This document shows positions 48,523 to 59,419 of a DNA stretch of 64,000 nt, piece after piece. The notes beneath the pieces are model-generated. The model searched no databases, had not been told where the DNA came from, and saw only the letters and a list, made by a program, of their open reading frames with translations. Position numbers and translations under genes: made by a program. The stretch's first letter is position 1, and each line of letters opens with the position of its first letter. Source of the DNA: Candidatus Limnocylindrales bacterium (GTDB lineage Bacteria > Moduliflexota > Moduliflexia > Moduliflexales > JAUQPW01); contig DATMBG010000036.1 of the NCBI GenBank assembly GCA_035559535.1, positions 62,001-126,000 of the forward strand, written 5' to 3'.

Positions 48523-48532
48523 ACCTTACCTC

Positions 48533-48721
48533 CTACTCTTCTTCCGGGGCTTCCCGGATAAAGAAAATAAAAGCCATCGAGGGTCTCCGCGAAGCCGGTG
48601 TAACCACAAAATGAATCCCTTCAAAGTTCCAACCTTTACGTACCCACTCGTTGACGGAAGCTTCAATGGTTTCATCGGTGACAATATTTAGCTCTACCAC
48701 TTTGTAGGTAATCGTAGCCAT
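48533..48721 (-). CDS. DUF4177-like small protein
   Basis: YKVVELNIVTDETIEASVNEWVRKGWNFEGIHF; RBS GGGAG. Confidence 0.75.
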   Translation of the reverse strand: MATITYKVVELNIVTDETIEASVNEWVRKGWNFEGIHFVVTPASRRPSMAFIFFIREAPEEE

Positions 48722-48777
48722 AACCGTTTTAACTCCCTATGAAAATTCGGAAAAACCTTAAAAATAGTAATATTCAA

Positions 48778-48805
48778 ATTTTATGCCGAATCTAAGGAGT
48801 GTCAA
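48778..48805 (-). promoter_or_regulatory. Sigma70-type promoter of the DUF4177-DUF89-TauE operon
   Basis: TTGACA-16-TAAAAT on the minus strand. Confidence 0.55.
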
Positions 48806-49134
48806 GGTAAAATTTAAATAACAGGCAGAAAAGGATTTATACCCTATTTCAATACCGACCTGATATAAGGTGGATAGGTTTTGGATATGCGATGAGGAAG
48901 TGGAAACCGAATGAGGGATGGAAAGTTCCCGGGAGTTTGCCGGCCAGGAGGCAATTCTATCCCGTAGAGCGTGTCTGAAAAGCTACGGTTTCTTCTTATT
49001 GCGAATATTCAGTTTCGAGCATAAAGGTCCGATTCCCCTCTCCTGTCAACCGGAACAGTACGAAGTTATTGTCAAAACCTTTTAAGCACTAAAATCTTGA
49101 AACTTCCCAAGTATAACTTCCAGATTCATCCGGG

Positions 49135-50457
49135 TTAAAGCAATTCCAGGGTGGTTAAGTCCATGGTTTCCAGATTTTGTTTAACTTTATCGATAAATTG
49201 AGCGGCTATGATTCCGTCGATGATCCGATGATCAAAGGAAAGAGACAGGTACATCATGGAGCGGATGGCGATGGCCTCATTTTCCAAAACTACAGGCCGT
49301 TTCACGATGGCTCCTACGCCTAAAATTGCCGCCTGGGGTTGATGGATAATGGGGGTTGCAAAGAGAGTTCCATACATGCCCGTATTGGTGATACTGAAGG
49401 TTCCCTTTTCCACATCGGCGGGAGTTAATTTACGTTCTCTGGCTCTTCGGGCCAGGTCCTCTACTTCCCGGGCCAATCCTAAAATACTCTTCTCATCGGC
49501 AGCTTTGATCACAGGTACCAGAAGTCCATCTTCCAAAGCTACGGCAATTCCTATATGGATATCCTTATGTAGGATGATCCCTTCGTCGGACCAACTGGAA
49601 TTGACCATTGGATAAGCTTTTAATGCACCCACCGTTGCTTTAATGATAAAGGGAAGGTAAGTGAGATTAACCCCTTCTTTCTGGAGAAATTGTTCTTTGA
49701 TTTTCTCCCGGAATTTGACAATGGCAGTCATATCGACTTCCACAACGGCTGTGACATGGGGGGAAGTGTGTACGCTACGGACCATATGTTCGGCGATGGC
49801 CTTACGCATCGGGGTCAGGGGAATTAGCACATCCCCTTTTTCAAGGGTTACCCGTGGAGTAGGAGTAACGGGAGGTTTTTCAGGCATTTTGATGGCCGGT
49901 TCAACCGGAGAAGGAATGACTTCTTTTTCTGCTTCTGCTTTTTTCTTCTGGGCCCGTACTTGGATATATTTTAGGAGATCCTCTTTGGTGACTCTTCCTC
50001 CGAGACCGCTTCCCTGGATTTGCTCCAATTCTTCCAGGCTAATTCCTTCTTTCTGAGCGATATTTCGAACCACCGGAGAATAATAATGCCGGGGTTCCCT
50101 TCCCTTACTTTCCGGTTTAAATTCGGTAAGCTTTTCTGCAGAGGGTTTCTCAGGCTGCGGAACCCCTGCCTGGGGAGGAACCGATTCTAGAGGAGGCGGC
50201 TTAGCCATAACTTGTTCGCCGGAGGGGGCAATTTCGGCCATTTCTTTGCCGACCTGGACCACACCTCCTTCTGGAACCATAATTTTGGATAAAATTCCAC
50301 TCGCCGGGGAAGGTATTTCAGAGTCGATTTTATCTGTACTGACTTCCAGGAGCGGCTCATCTTTCTCTACCCGTTCCCCTTCTTTCTTCAACCATTTCAA
50401 GACGGTTCCCTCTGCAATACTTTCCCCCAGTTGTGGCATCACAACCTTAACAGGCAT
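49135..50457 (-). CDS. 2-oxoacid dehydrogenase E2 (dihydrolipoamide acyltransferase)
   Basis: Lipoyl domain MPQLGES...STDKID, E3-binding SPVVRNIA...GSGLGGRVTKED, catalytic DHRIIDG; start at MPVKVV. Confidence 0.93.
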   Translation of the reverse strand: MPVKVVMPQLGESIAEGTVLKWLKKEGERVEKDEPLLEVSTDKIDSEIPSPASGILSKIMVPEGGVVQVGKEMAEIAPSGEQVMAKPPPLESVPPQAGVPQPEKPSAEKLTEFKPESKGREPRHYYSPVVRNIAQKEGISLEELEQIQGSGLGGRVTKEDLLKYIQVRAQKKKAEAEKEVIPSPVEPAIKMPEKPPVTPTPRVTLEKGDVLIPLTPMRKAIAEHMVRSVHTSPHVTAVVEVDMTAIVKFREKIKEQFLQKEGVNLTYLPFIIKATVGALKAYPMVNSSWSDEGIILHKDIHIGIAVALEDGLLVPVIKAADEKSILGLAREVEDLARRARERKLTPADVEKGTFSITNTGMYGTLFATPIIHQPQAAILGVGAIVKRPVVLENEAIAIRSMMYLSLSFDHRIIDGIIAAQFIDKVKQNLETMDLTTLELL

Positions 50458-50561
50458 AATGAGTGTCTGGTATCCGTTCTCCATTGTCCGTTGTAAGCGG
50501 TTCCTTATCTGTTCCGACAATCCCTTAATCCCCTACAACGGACAGCGAATAACGGACAAAA

Positions 50562-51524
50562 TTAGTCAGCATATACACCTTCCAGGGCCTCTTCGGGTTC
50601 CGGCCAGGGACTATTCTCGGCGAACTGGACGGCCTCTTCGATCTCTTTTTCTATACGGGTCTCTATTTCGCTCTGGATGGTTTTATTAAGGATTTTATGA
50701 TTCCTCAGATATTTTTCAAATCGATCGATGGGATCCTTTTTAGCCCATTCTTCCAGCAATTGCTTGGGTACGTAGAAAGCATCGTCATGTTCTGCATGGC
50801 CCCGCATTCTCATGGTTTTTGACTCAATAAAAGTAGGACCCTTACCGCTCCGAGCGTTTTCTACGGCTGCCTTCGTTACTTCATAAACGGCCAAAACATC
50901 GTTACCGTCGACAACGACGCCAGGTATTCCATAAGCCTTGGCACGATCCACCAGATCCACAAGGGCCGTTTGTTTGCTTAGAGGCGTCGAGTAGGCATAT
51001 TGATTATTTTCGCAGATTACCACCAGGGGGAGTTTATGAACCCCGGCGAAGTTCATCCCCTCATGGAAGAGTCCTGTGCTGGTTCCACCATCTCCGATGT
51101 ACGTCAAAACGACCCTTTTTTCCCGTCTTAATTTGAAAGAAAGGGCAATTCCAGAACAAACTACGATGGTTTCTCCTAGCATACTGATGGGGGCAATAAC
51201 CCCGAGTTTCAGATCTCCCATATGAAGGTTAAGGTCTTTTCCACGGGTATAACCGGTTTTTTTGCCCATATATTGGGCAAAAATTTTGGCCGGGGTAAAC
51301 CCTCGGACGAGGGCTGCGCCGACATCCCTTTGCAGGGGAGCCAGAATATCCTCTTTCTCTAAAGCCCAGGCTGAGCCAATAGCCGTAGCCTCATTACCCC
51401 AACCACTGTAAACTCCGCCATAGAGCTTCCCCTGGCGATACAACTTTGAGGCCCGATCATCTATGGCCCGAATGAGTTTCATGTAATAATAGATTTTTAA
51501 AAGCTCATCTTTTTTAAGATTCAT
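50562..51524 (-). CDS. 2-oxoacid dehydrogenase E1 alpha subunit
   Basis: TPP motif GDGGTSTG...ENNQYAYSTP, DGNDVLAV, RMRGHAEHDD. Confidence 0.92.
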   Translation of the reverse strand: MNLKKDELLKIYYYMKLIRAIDDRASKLYRQGKLYGGVYSGWGNEATAIGSAWALEKEDILAPLQRDVGAALVRGFTPAKIFAQYMGKKTGYTRGKDLNLHMGDLKLGVIAPISMLGETIVVCSGIALSFKLRREKRVVLTYIGDGGTSTGLFHEGMNFAGVHKLPLVVICENNQYAYSTPLSKQTALVDLVDRAKAYGIPGVVVDGNDVLAVYEVTKAAVENARSGKGPTFIESKTMRMRGHAEHDDAFYVPKQLLEEWAKKDPIDRFEKYLRNHKILNKTIQSEIETRIEKEIEEAVQFAENSPWPEPEEALEGVYAD

Positions 51525-51618
51525 AATTTAAGAAAGAATGAAAATGTAAAGAGAACGAGAGTTTGGGAGTTTAGTTCTGTCTTTTGCTCTCCCATTCTCC
51601 CTCTTCTCCCTTATCCCT

Positions 51619-52593
51619 TTAATAGGCTGCCAGCTTCTCCAGCGCTTCGACAATATCCTCCACCTGAGGTAAGAAGAAGTTCTCTAAAGGGGGACTATAA
51701 GGCACGGGGGTATCAATGGAAGCTACCCGCAGAACGGGTCCATCGAGATATTCAAAGGCCTCCTCGGAGATAATCGCGGCAAGCTCAGCTCCAAATCCAC
51801 CGGTTTTGGTATCTTCATGGACGATCACAACCTTATTGGTTTTTTTGATGGATTCTAAAAGCGTTTCCTTATCCAGGGGAATGAGCGTTCTTAGATCTAC
51901 AACCTCCACACTGACCCCTTTTTCGGCCATTTTCTCTGCCGCTTCCAGGGACTTATGGAGGGTTCCCCCGTAGGTTAAAAGGGTGATATGATGGCCCCGT
52001 CTTTTTATATCGGCTTTTCCCAAAGGCACTATATAATCTTCATCGGGAATGGTTCCTTTAATTCTTCGATAAAGGAATTTATGCTCAAAATACAGCACCG
52101 GGTTATTATCCCGGATGGAAGCCTTAAGCAGACCTTTGGCATCATAAGGAGTAGCCGGAGCCACTACTTTTAGACCGGGAACATGGGTAAACCAGGCTTC
52201 TGGATTTTGAGAATGGAAGGGGCCTGCATTCATTCCTCCCCCGGAAGGACATCGAATCACAATAGGGACTTTAGCCCCCCACCGGTAATGGGCTTTAGCT
52301 GCCCAGTTTACAATGGGATCAAAGCAACAGGAGATAAAATCTGCAAACTGCATCTCGGCGACCGGCCGCATACCCATCAAAGCAGCTCCAATAGAGGCTC
52401 CCACAATGGCCCCTTCGGATAAAGGGGTATCGATAACCCGTTCTTCTCCAAACTCTTCCAGTAAGCCGGCGGTTACTTTAAAGGCCCCCCCATAAACACC
52501 GATGTCTTCCCCCAATAGGAACACATCTTTATCCCGAGCCATCTCTTCTCGAAGGGCTTCACGAATAGCTTCTAAATAGGTAACCTCTCTCAT
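51619..52593 (-). CDS. 2-oxoacid dehydrogenase E1 beta subunit
   Basis: GEDIGVYGGAFKVT, RVIDTPLSE, EMQFADF, GPFHSQ, DAKGLL. Confidence 0.93.
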   Translation of the reverse strand: MREVTYLEAIREALREEMARDKDVFLLGEDIGVYGGAFKVTAGLLEEFGEERVIDTPLSEGAIVGASIGAALMGMRPVAEMQFADFISCCFDPIVNWAAKAHYRWGAKVPIVIRCPSGGGMNAGPFHSQNPEAWFTHVPGLKVVAPATPYDAKGLLKASIRDNNPVLYFEHKFLYRRIKGTIPDEDYIVPLGKADIKRRGHHITLLTYGGTLHKSLEAAEKMAEKGVSVEVVDLRTLIPLDKETLLESIKKTNKVVIVHEDTKTGGFGAELAAIISEEAFEYLDGPVLRVASIDTPVPYSPPLENFFLPQVEDIVEALEKLAAY

Positions 52594-52616
52594 GATTTCT
52601 AACCTCCGATTTTTCC

Positions 52617-53975
52617 TTAAAACTTCGGAAGTTTTGCTAAAGACTCCTTGATTTTTTCTTCAGGATAACTATAATCTTCTAATTTACCGTTCAAATACGC
52701 ATCGTAGGCCGCCAGGTCAAAATGACCATGCCCGCATAAATTAAAAGCGATGACTTTAGCTTCTCCAGAAGCTTTACATTGTAAAGCTTCATCGATAACA
52801 CAACGAATGGCATGGGCTGGCTCAGGTGCCGGTACGATACCTTCTGTTCTTGCAAATTGTAAGGCGGCCTCAAAGATAGCCTTTTGGGGATAGGCCCTGG
52901 CTTCGATCACTTTTTCATCAACCAAAAGACATAAAGTAGGCGCATCGCCGTGGTAGCGGAGTCCACCGGCATGGATCGGAGGCGGAATAAAATTAGACCC
53001 CAGGGTATACATCTTAAGGAGCGGCGTGGTTCCGGCAGTATCTCCAAAATCATAGGTATAAATCCCTTTTGTTAAGCTGGGACATGCTGTGGGCTCTACG
53101 GCAATAATTCGGGTATTCTTCCGTTCTCCACTTAACTTATCCTTTACAAAAGGATAACTGAATCCCCCAAAATTAGAACCCCCTCCTACACAACCGATCA
53201 AGATATCCGGATATTCTCCTATCTTTTCAAATTGTTTTTTGACCTCTAAACCCACAATAGTCTGATGAAGCAGTACATGATTTAAAACACTTCCCAGGGA
53301 ATATTTGGTATCCTCCCGGCTAACGGCATCCTCAATGGCTTCACTGATAGCAATGCCTAAACTTCCCGGGGAATTGGGATCTTGCTCCAGGATCTTTTGA
53401 CCTGCCCGGGTTTGGGTAGTCGGGCTTGCAAAAACCTCGGCTCCCCAGCTTTCCATCATAATTCGACGGTAAGGTTTTTGCTGATAACTCACCTTTACCA
53501 TGTAAACCGTGCATTTTAAATCGAATACTTTACAGGCGAAAGCCAGGGCACTTCCCCACTGTCCGGCCCCGGTCTCGGTGGTCAAACGTTGAACTCCTTC
53601 TTTTTTGTTATAATAAGCCTGGGCAACCGCCGTGTTCGGTTTATGGCTTCCCGCAGGACTTACGCCTTCGTATTTATAATAAATCTTTGCAGGGGTATCC
53701 AGGGCTTTTTCGAGCCGATAGGCCCGATATAAAGGAGTCGGACGCCATAACTTGTAGACATCCTGAACCTCCTCGGGAATCTCAATCCAACGCTCTGAAC
53801 TGACCTCCTGTTTAATTAATTCCATGGGAAAGATAGGAGCTAAATCCTGCGGCCCAACCGGCTGACCGGTAGCGGGATGAATAGGAGGAGGAAGCGGCTT
53901 AGGCAAATCAGGTAAAATATTATACCACTGGGTCGGCATTTCTTTTTCTTCTAAAAGTATTTTGATTGTTTTCAT
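52617..53975 (-). CDS. trpB2: TrpB2-type stand-alone tryptophan synthase beta-like PLP enzyme
   Basis: [54 protein letters not shown]. Confidence 0.92.
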   Translation of the reverse strand: MKTIKILLEEKEMPTQWYNILPDLPKPLPPPIHPATGQPVGPQDLAPIFPMELIKQEVSSERWIEIPEEVQDVYKLWRPTPLYRAYRLEKALDTPAKIYYKYEGVSPAGSHKPNTAVAQAYYNKKEGVQRLTTETGAGQWGSALAFACKVFDLKCTVYMVKVSYQQKPYRRIMMESWGAEVFASPTTQTRAGQKILEQDPNSPGSLGIAISEAIEDAVSREDTKYSLGSVLNHVLLHQTIVGLEVKKQFEKIGEYPDILIGCVGGGSNFGGFSYPFVKDKLSGERKNTRIIAVEPTACPSLTKGIYTYDFGDTAGTTPLLKMYTLGSNFIPPPIHAGGLRYHGDAPTLCLLVDEKVIEARAYPQKAIFEAALQFARTEGIVPAPEPAHAIRCVIDEALQCKASGEAKVIAFNLCGHGHFDLAAYDAYLNGKLEDYSYPEEKIKESLAKLPKF

Positions 53976-54255
53976 TTTCCCTCCTTATCCAGAATAACTG
54001 GCTCCCTTTACTTTATTTTCAAACAAAACCTTTTATTGTCAACAAAATTTATCACCTCTGCTGGCCAGGATGGAGATCCTAGGAGTCTCTAAAGAAGGAA
54101 AACCCAACCGGGCTTTTTAATCCAACGCTAACATGGCTATAGATCCCTTCGGGGACACAGAAAGAGTAACCAGACATAGGGCGATCGGATAGGATCACCC
54201 CTTTATCAACCCATGGATATAAGGTCTAAGATGATCAGTCTGAATGGATACCCGA

Positions 54256-55323
54256 TCAGGCGGTATTTTTCAGTTGTTCTGACTGGTAGTAAGCTATCAG
54301 AGGATCGATAATCTCGTCGAGTTCCCCGTTTAAAATTTTATCCATATTGTGGGTCGTAAAGTTGATCCGATGATCCGTTATACGATTTTGAGGGAAATTA
54401 TAGGTACGAATCCGCTCACTCCGGTCTCCACTACCGATCTGGCTTTTGCGAGACTGGGAGATTTTATCCTGTTGCTCTTGCTGGAGTTTATCCAATAACC
54501 TGGCCCGCAGGATCCGAAGTGCCTTGGCTTTGTTTTTATGCTGAGATTTTTCATCCTGACAAGAGATGACAATTCCGGTAGGAATATGCGTGACCCGCAC
54601 CGCGGAATCGGTGGTATTGACACTTTGGCCCCCTGGACCTGAAGATCGAAACACATCGATCCGAATGTCATTGGGATCGATCTCAACCTCTATCTCATCG
54701 GCTTCGGGTAACACGGCCACCGTCGCGGTTGAGGTATGAATGCGACCACTGGCTTCGGTAACCGGAACCCGCTGGACCCGATGCACACCGCTTTCAAATT
54801 TCAATCGGCTATAAGCCCCCTTTCCCTCAATAAGAGCTATAATTTCTTTAAACCCACCCACTTCAGAGGGACTCTGACTCATAATTTCAACCTTCCAGTT
54901 CTTACTTTCCGCATATTTGGTGTACATCCGAAAAAGGTCTGCAGCAAACAAACTCGCTTCGTCTCCCCCGGTTCCTGCCCGAATCTCCAGAAAGATATTT
55001 TTCTCATCATTGGGATCCTTGGGAAGCATCAGGATTTTTAATTGCCTTTCCAGATCCTCGCGCTTCAACTCCAGGCTCTTTAGCTCTCCTTCCGCCAACT
55101 CCCTCATCTCCCGGTCCTTTTCATTCTTGATCAATTCCCGGGCTTCCTCTATTTCCCGAAGAACCTTCTGGTACTTTCGATAGGTTTCTACAATCTCAGA
55201 TAATTCCGCATGGGATTTAGCATAGCTCCTAAATTTATCCTGCTGGGCTATAATCTTGGGATCACTGAGGAGTTTCGTGAGTTCCTCATACTTTTCTTCT
55301 AGGGCTTTCAGTTTTTCAAACAT
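54256..55323 (-). CDS. prfA: Peptide chain release factor 1
   Basis: [13 protein letters not shown]1-specific PVT in RVPVTE, GGQ in [16 protein letters not shown]. Confidence 0.97.
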   Translation of the reverse strand: MFEKLKALEEKYEELTKLLSDPKIIAQQDKFRSYAKSHAELSEIVETYRKYQKVLREIEEARELIKNEKDREMRELAEGELKSLELKREDLERQLKILMLPKDPNDEKNIFLEIRAGTGGDEASLFAADLFRMYTKYAESKNWKVEIMSQSPSEVGGFKEIIALIEGKGAYSRLKFESGVHRVQRVPVTEASGRIHTSTATVAVLPEADEIEVEIDPNDIRIDVFRSSGPGGQSVNTTDSAVRVTHIPTGIVISCQDEKSQHKNKAKALRILRARLLDKLQQEQQDKISQSRKSQIGSGDRSERIRTYNFPQNRITDHRINFTTHNMDKILNGELDEIIDPLIAYYQSEQLKNTA

Positions 55324-55325
55324 AA

Positions 55326-56207
55326 TTAGATTAATTCAACCTCTCTTAACAGCTTTTTCAGATCTTCGATTTCTTCCTGATTGGGTGCTGGGAGAGGAGA
55401 TCGGGGTTTACCTCCGTAATAACCAACCAGGTCCATAGCGGCTTTGAGTCCTCCAATTCCATACTTAACCGTTACCCCCTTGGCCAGAGGCGTCATCCTA
55501 AACTGCTGTTGTCGGGCCCCTTTCAGGTCTCCCTGCTGATAGAGCTCCTGAATCCGAACCATCTCATCGGGAGCCACATTGGCCACAGCTACAATTCCTC
55601 CAACTGCTCCGACACAGAGGGCCGGTAATAAGACCAGCGCAGACCCTGTAAACGTACTAAAATGAGCCGGTGCCATTCGGACGATATCACTTAACTGGGC
55701 AATATTACCCGAGCTGTCTTTAATCCCTACAATGTTGGGGTGCTGGGCAAGCCGTGCAACCAGGTCGGCTTCTAGGTTGATCCCCGTGCACTGAGGAATG
55801 TTATAAAGGAGTACTTTGGTCTTGGCTTTGTCCGCTATGGTCATGTAGTGTTTATAGAGAATTTCCGATTTGGTCAGAGCGTTTTTGTAAAAACCGGGAG
55901 ATACAACCAAAACCCCATCAGCTCCAAGCTCTGCAGCCTTATTGGTTAACTCGATGGTTCCTTGAGTAGATTCTAAACCCGTTCCTACCAGTAAAACCTT
56001 CTCCTTAGGTACGACCTTTCGTGCGGTTTCGATGACCCGAAGTTTTTCCTGTTCGGTAAGATGAACCGGTTCACTGTTAGTTCCCAAAATCACATAACCG
56101 GCCAGCTTTGTCCGATTGAGCTTGGTTAAATTTTCCGCCAGTTTATCATAGGCAACCTCGTCCTCCTTAAAGGGAGTCGGAATAGGTGGAAGTATACCTT
56201 TAAACAT
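55326..56207 (-). CDS. DapA-family class I aldolase (HOGA-like)
   Basis: PPIPTPF, GTNSE in place of GTTGE, LLYNIP, Schiff-base Lys in [12 protein letters not shown]. Confidence 0.85.
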   Translation of the reverse strand: MFKGILPPIPTPFKEDEVAYDKLAENLTKLNRTKLAGYVILGTNSEPVHLTEQEKLRVIETARKVVPKEKVLLVGTGLESTQGTIELTNKAAELGADGVLVVSPGFYKNALTKSEILYKHYMTIADKAKTKVLLYNIPQCTGINLEADLVARLAQHPNIVGIKDSSGNIAQLSDIVRMAPAHFSTFTGSALVLLPALCVGAVGGIVAVANVAPDEMVRIQELYQQGDLKGARQQQFRMTPLAKGVTVKYGIGGLKAAMDLVGYYGGKPRSPLPAPNQEEIEDLKKLLREVELI

Positions 56208-56437
56208 ATATGAGTCCGTTGCTATTGTCCATTGTCCGCTGTTACAGACAACTATCCAATGCTTAATAAAATTAATTAAAGGTACGATCTATTAAAAAAT
56301 CCAGAAGATAGAGGTAATTCCAACCAGATCTGGTCACAAAGATATCCTTATTACCTGCGTTTAAGAGAAAATTTTGTCTACCCCTATTTTCTTCAGTCTC
56401 TATGGCTAAATCTTGATCTGCAGGAGGATACTAAACT

Positions 56438-56467
56438 AAGTTATTACTTAATCTGTAAATATGTCAA
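56438..56467 (-). promoter_or_regulatory. Candidate sigma70 promoter of the aldolase-prfA operon
   Basis: TTGACA-18-TAACTT on the minus strand. Confidence 0.45.
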
Positions 56468-56483
56468 GCAAAACTTCCAGGCT

Positions 56484-56639
56484 GTATCCGTATCAATTTA
56501 GTAGATGGAAAAAGAAACACCCCTCAATCCCCCTCCAGGGGGGACTGACGTAGGGTTGCTGCTGCTGAAGTCTCCCCTCCAGGGGGGACCGGGGGGGTTC
56601 AGACAGAAAAAGTGACGCTTACTAAATTGTTACAGTTAC
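56484..56639. mobile_element. MITE family M1, full-length copy in opposite orientation (156 bp)
   Basis: Ends match the reverse complement of 26615..26768; flanks ttccaggct / ttcccggct (9-bp TSD, 1 mismatch). Confidence 0.88.
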
Positions 56640-56752
56640 TTCCCGGCTAAGGTCATCCGGGCTGGGAGAGGAATCATCTTTTTTGCTTGAAAATCGGTGG
56701 ATTTTAAGGTACTTTATTCCAGGGAATGCCCCTGGAGATCTTATACCTAAAA

Positions 56753-56780
56753 TAGGGCAGTCACAGAGGGCTGCCCCTAC
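56753..56780. repeat. GTAG-type REP palindrome
   Basis: TAGGGCAGTC...GGCTGCCCCTAC; similar small palindromes near 45452-45494 and 54177-54202. Confidence 0.6.
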
Positions 56781-56897
56781 AATTTAGGCCAGGTCTTCAT
56801 ATCGAACTGGTAGCAGGGATAAAACCACTAGGGGTTGTTTTTTATTGGGAGATTCCTCAAACCGATTTATGCTTAAAAGAGGGAGAAATATAAAAAA

Positions 56898-59396
56898 ATG
56901 AATTTATTTGGTTGGAGCGAAGTTAAACAGCTTCAGAGAGCTATCAAAAAGAATCCTAAGGATATAGGTTTGATTCTAAAGCTGGGCTGGTTATATCTTG
57001 ATGAGGGGAGATATGAGGAAGCTCGGGAACAATTTATGGCCGTCCAAAACCAGAACCCTGCTTCCTACTTTAAAGCCCAGGCCTGTCTGGGTCTGGCCAT
57101 CATTGACCTGAAGAAGGGAAATATAGATACAGCGAGGGAGAACCTCGAAACCCTTCTTCAAGAATCTGCCGAATTTCCAAGAAGTGCCGAAGCCCATTTC
57201 TATTTGGGAACCATCTACGAGAAGCAACTAAGGGAAGGTAAGGGCGACCGACCCATCGCCCAGGAGCCGGAAGTCCGGGATAAGAAACCAGAGGCAAGGG
57301 ATAGGAAGCCGGAAGTAAAAGACAGGAAACCGGAAGCAAGGGATAAAGGACCAAAAACCGAAGCCTCAGCGGGGATCTCTTTACTGGAAAAGGCCGCCCG
57401 GGAATATGAAGCTGCCATTGCACAGGGAGCCCAGGAGGCAAATAGAGCCAGATATCTGCTGGGGAAGCTTTATCTGGATTACGGACAGGGGGAGAAGGCT
57501 CTCCATTACCTGGAAACCGCCCTCAAAGAGGAGAAACTCGATAAAAGCTCGGCCACCAGACTCCCCCGGGCGGAAATCTATCATATCTTAGGAACTCTCT
57601 ATAAAACCCTTAAGGAGGACCTGGAAACATCCAAAAACTATCATCGCAGTGTTTTAGATCTGACTTCTCAACCGGCTTTATTGGCCTCCAGTCACAAGCA
57701 ACTCGGAGATATTTATCGAGAACAGACGCTCTATCCTCTGGCCCTGGATAGCTATCAAACGGCGATTAAATACTATGGAGAAAATCGATCCAGGGAAGCC
57801 TTAGAAGCCCATGTTGGTCTGGCCGAGATGTATCTCAAGGATGGTAACTTTAAGAAAGCTATCGAAAGTGGAGAGCGGATTTTATCCTTCGGAATTGAAT
57901 TTAAAGATCTTTTAACACGAATTTATGCCCTGCTGGCTCAGGGCTATCAACGGGTTGAGGCCTATGAGAAGGCCTTAGAGTTTCAGAAATTACATCTGGA
58001 ATCGGTCACCACGCCGGAGGAGAAGATCCTCTCCTTAACTCAACTGGCCCCCCTCCAGGAGAAGCTGGGTGAGTATGAGGAAGCCATAGAAATCTATAAA
58101 TCCGCCTTGAAACTCCAACCCGATCCTCAGACCGCTGCAGATATTCATCTGGCCCTTGGGCGGATTTACCTGTTGCAGGAGAAATATAGTCCGGCCATCA
58201 AGCAACTGGAAGATTCCCTCAAACTTCAAACCGTAGATGAAAAAAAGGCCGAAGCTTACCGTCTCCTGGGAGAGTGCTTTATAAAACGGGGAGACACCAA
58301 AAAAGGTATCGAGATGTTCGGGACTGTCATGGCCCGATATAAGGAACTGGATGTGGCCGCGGAAGTTAAAAGAGAGCTCAAAGATTTGAAAAAGGAGATT
58401 ACCCAGGAGGTAAAAGCTGAGAAGTTAGAAGAAAGTGAAGCCGAGCGACTCAAAACGATTGTTGACGAGGTTCTGGATGAGAAGGGGCTTTTTGAAAGAC
58501 TCAAACAAGGACTGGCCAGAACCCATCAAAATTTTATCAACAACCTGGAAGCCCTCTTAACCGGTAAAACCAGAATTGATGAGGATCTTTTGGAGCAGTT
58601 GGAAGAAGTCTTGATTCTGGCCGATTTAGGCGTCGATGCAACGCTTAAGGTTATTTCCAGTATTCAAAGTAAAGTCAAAAAGAAGGAACTTGAAGATCCG
58701 GCTCAATTGAAATCTCACCTGAAACGTGAGATTCTGGCTATTTTGAAAAATGGGGAAAAGGTAGTAGATATAAACCAGGCAACTCCTTTCGTGATCATGG
58801 TGATCGGGGTTAACGGGACAGGTAAAACCACCACCATCGGGAAGCTTGCCCATAATTTTAAAAAGGCGGGTAAACAGGTTCTTCTGGTCGCCGGAGATAC
58901 GTTTCGGGCTGCAGCCATCGAACAGTTGGAAATTTGGGGCCAGCGGGCCGGATGTGAAGTCATCAAGCACGAACCGGGGGCCGATCCCTCTGCGGTGATT
59001 TACGATGCCATGCAGGCTGCCAGATCCAGAAAAGCGGATGTCGTTATTATCGACACGGCCGGACGGCTTCACACTAAAAAGAATCTCATGGATGAGTTGA
59101 AAAAAATGAAGCGAATTGCCGGCAGAGAACTCCCCGGAGCTCCCCATGAAGTTCTCCTGGTGTTAGATGCCACAACCGGTCAAAATGCCATCTCTCAGGC
59201 GAAACTATTCCATGAAAACATCGGACTTACAGGGCTTATTCTAACTAAGCTGGATGGAACGGCTAAAGGTGGAATCATTACAGGGATTATCAACGAACTT
59301 AAAATCCCGGTTGCTTATATCGGGGTTGGTGAGAAACTTATGGATCTTCGACCTTTTAAGGCGGAAGAATTTGTGGAAGCTTTATTTGCAGAATAA
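56898..59396 (+). CDS. ftsY: Signal recognition particle receptor FtsY with a large N-terminal TPR array
   Basis: About 510 aa of TPR-like repeats in frame with [53 protein letters not shown]. Confidence 0.93.
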   Translation: MNLFGWSEVKQLQRAIKKNPKDIGLILKLGWLYLDEGRYEEAREQFMAVQNQNPASYFKAQACLGLAIIDLKKGNIDTARENLETLLQESAEFPRSAEAHFYLGTIYEKQLREGKGDRPIAQEPEVRDKKPEARDRKPEVKDRKPEARDKGPKTEASAGISLLEKAAREYEAAIAQGAQEANRARYLLGKLYLDYGQGEKALHYLETALKEEKLDKSSATRLPRAEIYHILGTLYKTLKEDLETSKNYHRSVLDLTSQPALLASSHKQLGDIYREQTLYPLALDSYQTAIKYYGENRSREALEAHVGLAEMYLKDGNFKKAIESGERILSFGIEFKDLLTRIYALLAQGYQRVEAYEKALEFQKLHLESVTTPEEKILSLTQLAPLQEKLGEYEEAIEIYKSALKLQPDPQTAADIHLALGRIYLLQEKYSPAIKQLEDSLKLQTVDEKKAEAYRLLGECFIKRGDTKKGIEMFGTVMARYKELDVAAEVKRELKDLKKEITQEVKAEKLEESEAERLKTIVDEVLDEKGLFERLKQGLARTHQNFINNLEALLTGKTRIDEDLLEQLEEVLILADLGVDATLKVISSIQSKVKKKELEDPAQLKSHLKREILAILKNGEKVVDINQATPFVIMVIGVNGTGKTTTIGKLAHNFKKAGKQVLLVAGDTFRAAAIEQLEIWGQRAGCEVIKHEPGADPSAVIYDAMQAARSRKADVVIIDTAGRLHTKKNLMDELKKMKRIAGRELPGAPHEVLLVLDATTGQNAISQAKLFHENIGLTGLILTKLDGTAKGGIITGIINELKIPVAYIGVGEKLMDLRPFKAEEFVEALFAE
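57262..57352 (+). repeat. In-frame heptamer-periodic tandem repeat (PEVRDKK-type 7-aa units)
   Basis: aggagcc ggaagtc cgggata agaaacc agaggca agggata ggaagcc ggaagta aaagaca ggaaacc ggaagca agggata aaggacc. Confidence 0.85.
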
Positions 59397-59419
59397 AATT
59401 GGATTTTTACTTCATAAAA

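Noticed and set aside
49012-49050. 39-mer reading GTT...GAAAC on the minus strand, like a CRISPR repeat
   Set aside because: Single copy, no spacers, no cas genes; no CRISPR array found anywhere in the window
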